Assembly: GCA_020348985.1 (NCBI GenBank)
Contig: CP070761.1
Span: 1,459,646-1,521,148 of the forward strand
DNA: 61,503 bases
Direction: 5' to 3'
Source of the DNA: Candidatus Thorarchaeota archaeon
Lineage (GTDB): Archaea; Asgardarchaeota; Thorarchaeia; Thorarchaeales; Thorarchaeaceae
Under the pieces are notes generated by a model that made no database searches, was not told where the DNA came from, and saw only the letters and a list, made by a program, of their open reading frames with translations. Below, in pieces: positions 48,145-55,900 of the stretch. The position numbers and the translations under genes were made by a program. Within the stretch, counting starts at the first letter, position 1; the number at the start of each line of letters is the position of its first letter.

Positions 48145-48406
48145 ATTCTTATTGAAGTCGATTTCTTGGCTTTTCGATTCGCAGATTCCTGCATTTGTCT
48201 CCAAGCAAGGCGGATGAGTCTGTTGTGATACAATCCGTAACCATCATCCATAATGGATTATGCGATTGTAAAAATCAGAGTCGTCGTACTTACAATGAAG
48301 ATTCCGATACCCTCAAATACCCGTCACTAAGTTTCAGAGGGAAACTCCGTAGACGATTACTCAAAGAGGAGTTTGGCGAAACGAGCCCTCAGGTCAGGAG
48401 ATCACC

Positions 48407-49018
48407 ATGAAGAGGAAACAAAGAGCCAATCTCATTGGCGTATTCCTGTTTGTTGGAATTGTCATGGGTCTTGTACCCTTTGCTTTTACGTTCCCTGGAA
48501 ATACCAACGAGTGTAACCAATGCCACACGGATTTGGCATCACTCGGTCTATCTACAAATGCTACAGAGACGGTAGATATCGAAGTTGGTGTTCCCTTTGT
48601 TGTGGAGTTTACAGCAGATAACGGAGCAGAGGCGTTGGCAATAGGCACGGATTGGGAGGACAATGAGCAGTTCCTCATCTCAGACAACTTGGTTGAAGAC
48701 GGAGATGGAGAAGATACGGATGCAACTGAGGGAGTGATTACTACATCAGTGACCTTCACTCCAATTGCCGTGGGCGAGTTTACTATCAGGGCTTGGGCGG
48801 CTGCGAACTTGGGCAGGGCAGTTTCAATTGATGTGACAGTCAATGTCACCGAGGGAGCCACGACATTCACAACACCGCCACCGACCACAACAACCACACC
48901 TCCACCCGATCCCCTGATTGAAATATGGACAATGATGATGTACACACTGATTCCGGCCACGGCAGTAATCTTGGTCATCCTCAGTGTGATAATGTTGAGG
49001 AAAGCCCCCAAGGACTAG
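48407..49018 (+). CDS. Membrane-anchored monoheme c-type cytochrome candidate
   Basis: Signal peptide, CNQCH, beta domain, TTPPPTTTTTPPP linker and C-terminal TM helix. Confidence 0.75.
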   Translation: MKRKQRANLIGVFLFVGIVMGLVPFAFTFPGNTNECNQCHTDLASLGLSTNATETVDIEVGVPFVVEFTADNGAEALAIGTDWEDNEQFLISDNLVEDGDGEDTDATEGVITTSVTFTPIAVGEFTIRAWAAANLGRAVSIDVTVNVTEGATTFTTPPPTTTTTPPPDPLIEIWTMMMYTLIPATAVILVILSVIMLRKAPKD

Positions 49019-49027
49019 GTGATGACT

Positions 49028-49525
49028 ATGGCTATACATCCAGTTTTCGTACACTTCCATACAGGAATCCTAACAGCGAATGCAGCAATTGCGCTTCTCA
49101 ACCTCATAATGAGGACCGTTTTCAGAGACAGAATCCGCACTCCCGGGACAACAATGGCGAGGTTATTTCACGAGTTCGACACATTCATACTCTGGGGGAA
49201 CATCATAGGATTACTGGGTTTGGTGGCTGGAGTAGTCACTGGATTCATGGATTGGCCGATGCAGGCACTTATTGATGACCCATATATGAGATTCAAGATA
49301 CTCTGGTCCGCAATTGCTCTAGAGATCTTTGTATTCCTCGTTGTCATGCGCCTCAAGCTCGGCGACAGGGTCTGGGCCAGCACATCTAGTTACCTCATCT
49401 ACGGAATTCTCGTCGTGGTGGGCGGAGTTCTGATGATAATTCTGGGTGCTATGGGAGGCATTGCGGTGTATAGCGACTCAATTCTGAAGCCGGTCCTTGA
49501 TTGGCTTGGTCTACCATGGCCGTGA
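49028..49525 (+). CDS. DUF2231-like 4-TM membrane protein (possible heme b)
   Basis: N-terminal HPVFVHF (HPxxVHF), ..TG in TM2 and GG..VY at the end; start approximate. Confidence 0.7.
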   Translation: MAIHPVFVHFHTGILTANAAIALLNLIMRTVFRDRIRTPGTTMARLFHEFDTFILWGNIIGLLGLVAGVVTGFMDWPMQALIDDPYMRFKILWSAIALEIFVFLVVMRLKLGDRVWASTSSYLIYGILVVVGGVLMIILGAMGGIAVYSDSILKPVLDWLGLPWP

Positions 49526-49538
49526 GGTGCTGAAGCAG

Positions 49539-50723
49539 ATGGTATCAGAACTCTTCAAGGGGCTTAGAGAAGAGGAGCTGGATATCGAACCCACGATATG
49601 TGCTAGATGCGGGTTCTGTACTTTCGTCTGCCCCGCATATCTTGACACGCTGTGGGACTCTCAGTCGCCAAGGGGCAAGCTTTTCCAGCTGAAAGATCTC
49701 ATCACAAAGAACAAGGCAATTCCTGCCGACTTTGCAGAGCGTATTTTCAAGTGCACTCTATGCGGAGCATGTGAAGAAATCTGTCAAGTCAACATCCCTC
49801 TTCTGAGATTCTGGCAACTAGCCCGAGGCGAGATTGCCACACTCGGTGAATGGCCGGAGATAATCAACTTCATCGACAACGCGATTCAGAACAGTCAGAA
49901 TATCATGGACATTGACCAAGATGACCGTTTGATTTGGACGGACATGGTCGATGATCTGGTGGAAGGCAGAGTACAGAAACAAGCTGAAGTGGCATATTTC
50001 GCAGGCTGCAACATATCCTATAAAGGAACTCTCGCTCACATGGGCGAGAACACAGTGAAGCTGTTCTCTCATTTGGGAATAGACTTCACGCTGCTTGGCG
50101 AGAATGAGTTCTGCTGTGGGAATCCTTACTTCGTCGCAGGAGACTTTGAGAGCGGAACGAAGCTGGCTGACCACAACTTGTCAGAGCTCAAACGGCTGGG
50201 AGTGAAGACAGTTGTTTTCAACTGCCCGGGGTGCCATCGAGCATTCTCGCATGAGTACCCACATCTTCTTGGCAAAGAGGCAATCGAAGGATTGGAGTTT
50301 CTGAGCTTCTCACAGTTTGTGTTGCGAATGATCAAAGAGGGGAAGCTTTCTTTCACGAATCAGTACCCGCACGTTGTAACATGGCACGACCCATGTGAAC
50401 TCGGCAGACACCAAGACATCTACGAGCCCGCCCGTGAAGTACTCCGTGCGATTCCCGGTCTTGAGCTTCGTGAGATGAAGCACAACAGAAACAGAGCACG
50501 ATGTTGCGGCGGTGGAGGCATTCTCAAAGGCACGAACCCAGTAATGTCCGTGCGAGTATCTGGTCGTAGAATTGAGATGGCGGAAGCGACTGGCGCAGAA
50601 ATCATGGCAAGCGAATGTCCGTCGTGCACAATGTCATTCAACGATGGAATGGAGGGCAGGGAGACGAGCATCGTCTTCAAGGATCTCTCACAGATTGTTG
50701 TGGAGGCCCTGGACATAGAGTAG
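49539..50723 (+). CDS. HdrD/GlcF-like CCG-domain Fe-S protein, copy 4
   Basis: CARCGFCTFVCP, CTLCGACEEIC, FCCG..CPGC and HDPC..RCCGGGG..CPSC. Confidence 0.9.
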   Translation: MVSELFKGLREEELDIEPTICARCGFCTFVCPAYLDTLWDSQSPRGKLFQLKDLITKNKAIPADFAERIFKCTLCGACEEICQVNIPLLRFWQLARGEIATLGEWPEIINFIDNAIQNSQNIMDIDQDDRLIWTDMVDDLVEGRVQKQAEVAYFAGCNISYKGTLAHMGENTVKLFSHLGIDFTLLGENEFCCGNPYFVAGDFESGTKLADHNLSELKRLGVKTVVFNCPGCHRAFSHEYPHLLGKEAIEGLEFLSFSQFVLRMIKEGKLSFTNQYPHVVTWHDPCELGRHQDIYEPAREVLRAIPGLELREMKHNRNRARCCGGGGILKGTNPVMSVRVSGRRIEMAEATGAEIMASECPSCTMSFNDGMEGRETSIVFKDLSQIVVEALDIE

Positions 50724-50732
50724 GTGATCATC

Positions 50733-52469
50733 ATGTTGAAGGAAAGACAGTTGACCGAACTTGCAGACATAGTGGGTGAAGACTACTTTTCCTCAGAAGA
50801 GTACATGAGAAAGCTCTACTCACAGGACATTGCTGCGCTACCGGGTCTTGTACATGATCTGCTAGACACGAGCGTAAGTGCTGTTGCTCAGCCGACGACA
50901 AGTGAGGTAGTAGCGAACCTCCTCCAGTATTGCCTCAAGGAGCGTATCCCTGTTGTCCCAAGAGGACATGGGACCAGCGGATATGGAGGTGTGCTCGCGA
51001 CCAAGGGTGGCATCGTTGTTGAAATGACAAGGATGAATGAGATCTACAACATTGATAGAGAGAACATGACCGTTGAAGTTGGGGCCGGGATAATTTGGGG
51101 CAAGCTGATTGAGGAGCTAGAGGATGAAGGACTAACAGTTGCTGCCTATCCGTCAAGTGCGCCTTCAAGCACTGTCGGAGGATGGGTGGCGGCAGGTGGA
51201 ACAGGAATCGGAAGCACCAAATACGGAGGCATTAGAGAGCAAGTTGTTGACCTTGAGGTGGTACTGCCCGATGGTCAAATCATCAAGACTACAAAGGCGG
51301 GTATTGGCCTCTTTCAGGGATACAAGGGGCTCGACTATATGTATCACCCAGGTACTGACAAGTACCAGTGGGGACCTTCCGGACATGACAAACCGGGAGA
51401 CGATGTCACAGGATTATTTGTGGATAGCAATGGCACTCTCGGTATTATCACGAAAGTAAAGCTCAAGATAATCCCACTTAGAACGATTCAACCTATGGTG
51501 GCCTCGTTCCGAAGTAGGAAGCTAATGATTGGAGCATTGAAGGATATTCTTGAAGCAACGCGTCCATTCTATCTGCACTTCATTACGAACGACTTCTACC
51601 GAATGCTAGGTGAAGTTGACAAAGCTCCCGAAACAATAGGAGAATGGATAGTCCTTAGCACGTATGAAGGTTCAGATGCTGAGGTAGCAGGAGAGGTGGA
51701 GAAGTTCCATCACTTCGTGAGCAGATATGGTGGTACTGTGGAATCCGACGAAATTGCAAATCATGAGTGGGCCGAACGGTTCTATCCATTGAGGATAAAG
51801 AGACTTGGTCCTAGTCTGGCGCCTTCAGAAGTCTATGTTCCACTCGAACACCTTGAGGAGTATCTGGAGCATCTTGACAGACACTTCAAAGGAGAGAAGT
51901 ATGCGGTTGAGGGTGCGATTGATGACCTCGGAGAAGTAGCCGCGCTTGCGTGGTTCCTTGATGATGAAAGAAGGAAGATATCGTTCCTCATGGGATGGTA
52001 CAGGTCGCTCGATTTCATAAAGTTAGGACTTCAGCACGGTGGCCGAGCATACTCCATTGGAATGTGGAATGCGGGACACTCACTCTCGTTCTTTGGACGA
52101 AAGAACTACGGACTGATGGAGAGAATGAAGAGCCAGACTGATCCGAAGAATCGTCTCAATCCAGGGAAGGTCTTTCCAGCGTCATTGAATTTGTCGATAC
52201 GATTCAATCTCTTGATCCTGCTAGTCGCGACGATTGCGGTTCCAGTCGTTTTATGGTTCGCTGGACTTCTAGTACCAGACTTGATCATGGCGTATGTTCC
52301 TTGGCTGATGCTCCAAGACGTGATGTCTGTGTTCATTGCAATGGTCATCGGATTACTCATAGGCGTAGTGGTTGTTGAGATAGCCAATATTGTGCCTATC
52401 ACATTCCTCCTCGCCATCGGCGCCCATTTCATGCGGCTTGGAAGGAGAATCTTCAAGGGTTCCAAGTAG
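50733..52469 (+). CDS. VAO/GlcD-type FAD oxidoreductase (subtype A) with a C-terminal TM anchor
   Basis: PRGHGTSGYGG, PSSAPSSTVGGW, GTLGIITKV, RIKRLGPSL, LDDERR and NPGK; 2 C-terminal TM helices. Confidence 0.88.
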   Translation: MLKERQLTELADIVGEDYFSSEEYMRKLYSQDIAALPGLVHDLLDTSVSAVAQPTTSEVVANLLQYCLKERIPVVPRGHGTSGYGGVLATKGGIVVEMTRMNEIYNIDRENMTVEVGAGIIWGKLIEELEDEGLTVAAYPSSAPSSTVGGWVAAGGTGIGSTKYGGIREQVVDLEVVLPDGQIIKTTKAGIGLFQGYKGLDYMYHPGTDKYQWGPSGHDKPGDDVTGLFVDSNGTLGIITKVKLKIIPLRTIQPMVASFRSRKLMIGALKDILEATRPFYLHFITNDFYRMLGEVDKAPETIGEWIVLSTYEGSDAEVAGEVEKFHHFVSRYGGTVESDEIANHEWAERFYPLRIKRLGPSLAPSEVYVPLEHLEEYLEHLDRHFKGEKYAVEGAIDDLGEVAALAWFLDDERRKISFLMGWYRSLDFIKLGLQHGGRAYSIGMWNAGHSLSFFGRKNYGLMERMKSQTDPKNRLNPGKVFPASLNLSIRFNLLILLVATIAVPVVLWFAGLLVPDLIMAYVPWLMLQDVMSVFIAMVIGLLIGVVVVEIANIVPITFLLAIGAHFMRLGRRIFKGSK

Positions 52470-52610
52470 AATCTGACATGGGCCCTCCTTCAGTGGGAAG
52501 GGGCGCCCTGCATTTTTGCCAGCACAACACGATGTTACTTTGTGAAAGAAAATCGGTGGTTTCAATTTCGTTTCAAAACAACCCTTATATGCCACAAGGG
52601 ATTGGCCTGT

Positions 52611-52681
52611 CGCTAGCACAGAGCCATTCACATCCCGTCGGTACGCTCTCGGGATGTGGCAGGAGCTCGTTTGTGCTAGCG
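52611..52681. ncRNA. Candidate structured RNA (long interrupted hairpin)
   Basis: CGCTAGCACA/TGTGCTAGCG (10 bp), GAGC/GCTC and CACATCCCG/CGGGATGTG (9 bp) in an intergenic region, ~20 nt downstream of TTATAT. Confidence 0.45.
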
Positions 52682-52763
52682 GACCCGATGAGTATGGCAT
52701 CTCATGAGAATGGTTCACACGGAAAGACGCGACTCTTGATTCATGCAGTAGAGGGTTTGTAAG

Positions 52764-53171
52764 ATGAACGAAGTTGTGAGTATGCTGACGCCGCAACAGG
52801 CGGGTTCCAATTTACATATGACGATAATCCTGGGCTTGCCGGCAATAGTTCTGCTTGGCGTGGGTACGCTTCTCTATTTCATCTCACATGAGAAGTATAC
52901 GTTTGCTCACGGAGTCTTGGCAGGTCTGTCATTGCTTTTGACAACGATTAACATTCTGACAATCCTTCCCATGACTAGTGTTGTACTCAGTGTTCCGGGG
53001 ATTGACCTATTCCACCTCATCCACATAATTGTAGGGGCGGTGGGGTACATCTTTGGGTTGGCGGCTTTCGTCACAGGTATCTCTGGTGTTAGAACAAAAG
53101 TACCCGGTCTGATTGCGTTTGTGTGCTGGACTACAGTCTTTGTCATGGGATATGTCCAGTTCTTGATGTGA
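52764..53171 (+). CDS. Small His-containing 4-TM protein, putative cytochrome b; paralog of the C-terminal domain of 39935..41155
   Basis: LGLPAI..EKY..AHG..TINIL..FHLIHI.VG..G....CWT aligns by eye with LGAPAI..EKF..LHG..SINIL..VHSWHIWIG..G....LWT. Confidence 0.7.
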   Translation: MNEVVSMLTPQQAGSNLHMTIILGLPAIVLLGVGTLLYFISHEKYTFAHGVLAGLSLLLTTINILTILPMTSVVLSVPGIDLFHLIHIIVGAVGYIFGLAAFVTGISGVRTKVPGLIAFVCWTTVFVMGYVQFLM

Positions 53172-53182
53172 GGGAAGTAGAC

Positions 53183-54667
53183 ATGGAGAATCCTACACAG
53201 CTTGTTGAAGAAATCCAAGATCTATCCGAACTGCCATGGGCGAGCTCGAGCATGGTGGAGCGTCTGTCAGCGAGCGGAGACACCACAGGAATTCCTTACT
53301 ACCACTTCCGATGGAAGAAGAAATGGCTTGCTGATTATGTCACGTGGCCCACCTCAAATGAACAAGTAGCCATGGTCCTAAAGTACGCATCAAGGCAAAA
53401 TATCCCAGTTATTCCCAGAGGCGGAGGCAGCTGTTACTATGGATCTGCCAGTCCGACCAGAGGAGGAATAATCATCGACACAAAGAGAATGGACAAGATC
53501 GTTGAAGTCAACAAAGAGGAGAAATGGATTCGAGTACAGGCGGGCGCGGTCTGGGAGATACTTGGCAGGGAGCTGGCCAAACAGGGTCTTGCGCTCACGG
53601 TCTCTCCGCAGAGTGCTACAGCTTCGACGCTTGCAGGTTGGTTGGCGATAGGTGGTAAGGTCGGAATAGGAACTCCGAAGTTTGGCTCGATGCTAGACAA
53701 CGTATACGAAATGACAGTTGTAAGGCCAAGTGGACAGGTCGAGAATGTCTCCGGCGATGAGATGAAGATCTTCTTTGGCACTTCGGGGATTGCTGGTGTA
53801 GTGACGGAGATCAAGATGAAGATCCGAGATCTCCCAGAAGTAGTCGACGGGGCGATGTTTGGATTTGATGAATTGGACAACGCCATTACTGCTGTTAGGC
53901 GTTTGGCCCAACGGGACATAAGGCCAGTCTACCTTAGGCTTACTGACTTGGAGTACGAATGGCGAGTACAGGGAGGACTTCCGTACGGTGTGACCAGTCG
54001 CTTCTTCGTTATGGTGACCTACGACGGCGACGCCTCAGATGTTGCAGATGGTGTTCGTTCCGCAAGAGGCATCCTTGAAGTCTCTGGAGGTAGGGATGTC
54101 GGAAGAGACTACTATGAACTGAACTGGCGTGATCGATTCATCGCTGAAATGAAGATTAAGCTCGAAGTTCCGACCCTTTCTATGCAGAACTTCTGGATTC
54201 CAGTCGAAAACATAGATCCTCTTGTCAGAAGGATGTACAAAATCGCTAATAGTTACCGAATCAATTCCTGCTTCTATTTGGTCATGGGTGAGAGAACCAT
54301 GACCCGCTTCTGTATATTTGCTCCTTCAGATCACAGACATTGGATGCACTTCATGGCAGGAAAGTCAATGCTTCACAGAATGGTGAAGTGGGTCTACAAG
54401 TATGGAGGAGAGCTCTACACATTGGGACTCCAGAACACGGTGTATCTGAAGAAGTTCCAACCCAAGGATTACGAGTATTTCCAAGAAATCAGGAGTAGAT
54501 GGGACGAGAAAGGAATCATGAATCCTGACAAGTTGACGCACTCAAACATCACCTATTCCAGAATGAACATGATGTTCACAATGAATGGACATCTCAGAAG
54601 GCTGCAGGCACTGCTTGGAAGGGCGAAAAGAATCCTGGAAACTCCGGTTTCCTTGAGGGAGGGATAG
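53183..54667 (+). CDS. VAO/GlcD-type FAD-binding oxidoreductase (subtype B)
   Basis: YHFRWK..LADYV, PRGGGSCYYG, GTSGIAGVV, GLQN.VY and WD.KGIMNP. Confidence 0.88.
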   Translation: MENPTQLVEEIQDLSELPWASSSMVERLSASGDTTGIPYYHFRWKKKWLADYVTWPTSNEQVAMVLKYASRQNIPVIPRGGGSCYYGSASPTRGGIIIDTKRMDKIVEVNKEEKWIRVQAGAVWEILGRELAKQGLALTVSPQSATASTLAGWLAIGGKVGIGTPKFGSMLDNVYEMTVVRPSGQVENVSGDEMKIFFGTSGIAGVVTEIKMKIRDLPEVVDGAMFGFDELDNAITAVRRLAQRDIRPVYLRLTDLEYEWRVQGGLPYGVTSRFFVMVTYDGDASDVADGVRSARGILEVSGGRDVGRDYYELNWRDRFIAEMKIKLEVPTLSMQNFWIPVENIDPLVRRMYKIANSYRINSCFYLVMGERTMTRFCIFAPSDHRHWMHFMAGKSMLHRMVKWVYKYGGELYTLGLQNTVYLKKFQPKDYEYFQEIRSRWDEKGIMNPDKLTHSNITYSRMNMMFTMNGHLRRLQALLGRAKRILETPVSLREG

Positions 54668-54672
54668 AGGAA

Positions 54673-55899
54673 ATGAGACGATTCTTCACTAAGGAATTCG
54701 ACTTCGACCCTGACAAGATCGTTCTATGCAGCAATTGCTCCACATGTAGATGGACTTGTACAAGCTATGAGGAGTTTGGCAGCGAGGCCTATTTTGCTGG
54801 AGGAAGACTCCGTCTACTTCGATCATATGTGGAGAGGAATCTTCCTGTTGATGACGACTTCGTGCGAGCTGTCTATGCGTGTTCCACTTGCGAGCAATGT
54901 GTTGAAAGATGTCCAATCAAGGTCCCCTATGTCGATATTGTGGAGGATATTCGTCACAAACTCGTCGAATCTGGCAAGGGCCCTTACGGCCGTCTTCATC
55001 TAATGGGTGATATGGTCTTGAAGCGCCACAATCCATACGGTGAGAAGCCAGAGGAGAGGGCTGACTGGGTTAAGAGTGATACTCGAGTTTCGAACGACTC
55101 AGAGTGGGGATACTTTGTTGGCTGCACGGCCTCTTTCAAGAGAAAAGAGATTGGGGATGCAACACTTCGAATGTTGAACTACTTCGGAATTGAGCCACAG
55201 ATACTTGGTGAAGAAGAATTTTGTTGTTGCAGCCCGTTGATAAGAACCGGACAGATTGAACGAGACGTCTATGATGAGGCAGAAGATGGGACCAAGACAT
55301 ATGTTGGAAGGCTCAATGTGGGCGAGAAGATCAACCACAACATGGAGAAAATCATAGAGAGAGGGATCAAGCACATCATCTTTTCATGTTCAGGTTGCTT
55401 CAGAACTGTCACACTCGACTGGCCTAACTACTACAGGGCAAGAGGAGGAATCCTGCCATTCACAACACAACACCTTAGCCAATTCCTGGCACTCAAAATC
55501 AAACAAGGAGAGCTTGAGTGGAAATCATCGTATCCTGAAAGAGTAACCTATCACGACCCATGCCATCTTGGCCGCCATGTTGGCATCTTTGATGCGCCAA
55601 GGGTAGTCTTGGAGAGCATTCCTGGGATTGAGTTCATTGAGATGGATCGCGCGAGAGAAGATGCGAAGTGTTGTGGTGCAGGAGGAGGTTTCAAAGCCGG
55701 ATTCGGCGATAATGCTATCAACACTGCAGAGAGGAGACTTGAGATGGCTATCGATACTGGAGCATCTACACTCGTGTCATCGTGCGTGTTCTGCAAACTG
55801 AACTTCATGGACGCAATCAAGAAGAGAGGCGTTGAAATGAAGGTGCTCAATCTTGAAGATCTCTTCATTGACTTGATGGGTCTCCAAGGGCCAGGCTAG
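54673..55899 (+). CDS. HdrD/GlcF-like CCG-domain Fe-S protein, copy 5
   Basis: CSNCSTCRWTC, CSTCEQCVERCP, FCCC..CSGC and HDPCHLGRH..KCCGAGGG..CVFC. Confidence 0.9.
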   Translation: MRRFFTKEFDFDPDKIVLCSNCSTCRWTCTSYEEFGSEAYFAGGRLRLLRSYVERNLPVDDDFVRAVYACSTCEQCVERCPIKVPYVDIVEDIRHKLVESGKGPYGRLHLMGDMVLKRHNPYGEKPEERADWVKSDTRVSNDSEWGYFVGCTASFKRKEIGDATLRMLNYFGIEPQILGEEEFCCCSPLIRTGQIERDVYDEAEDGTKTYVGRLNVGEKINHNMEKIIERGIKHIIFSCSGCFRTVTLDWPNYYRARGGILPFTTQHLSQFLALKIKQGELEWKSSYPERVTYHDPCHLGRHVGIFDAPRVVLESIPGIEFIEMDRAREDAKCCGAGGGFKAGFGDNAINTAERRLEMAIDTGASTLVSSCVFCKLNFMDAIKKRGVEMKVLNLEDLFIDLMGLQGPG

Positions 55900-55900
55900 A

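Noticed and set aside
48394-49011. 205-aa antisense ORF and the many other 60-170 aa overlapping ORFs in the track
   Set aside because: They are shadows of well-supported genes on the opposite strand or in another frame.
49016-50733. Pyrrolysine/readthrough fusions at in-frame TAG junctions (49016-49021 and 50721-50726)
   Set aside because: In both cases TAG is part of a TAGGTGA SD motif placed just before a downstream ATG, which is ordinary translational coupling. No pyl context is present.
52478-52762. 94-aa ORF
   Set aside because: No recognisable features; it overlaps a terminator-like hairpin, a TATA box and the structured element, so it is probably non-coding.
34553-54667. Annotating the FAD proteins as D-lactate/glycolate dehydrogenases linked to larA
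   Set aside because: The metal-binding H/H/EHG motifs are missing and larA is ~28 kb away; the link is unsupported.
36686-55899. Selenocysteine in the Hdr-like proteins
   Set aside because: The Cys motifs are complete within uninterrupted ORFs, and no in-frame TGA is needed.
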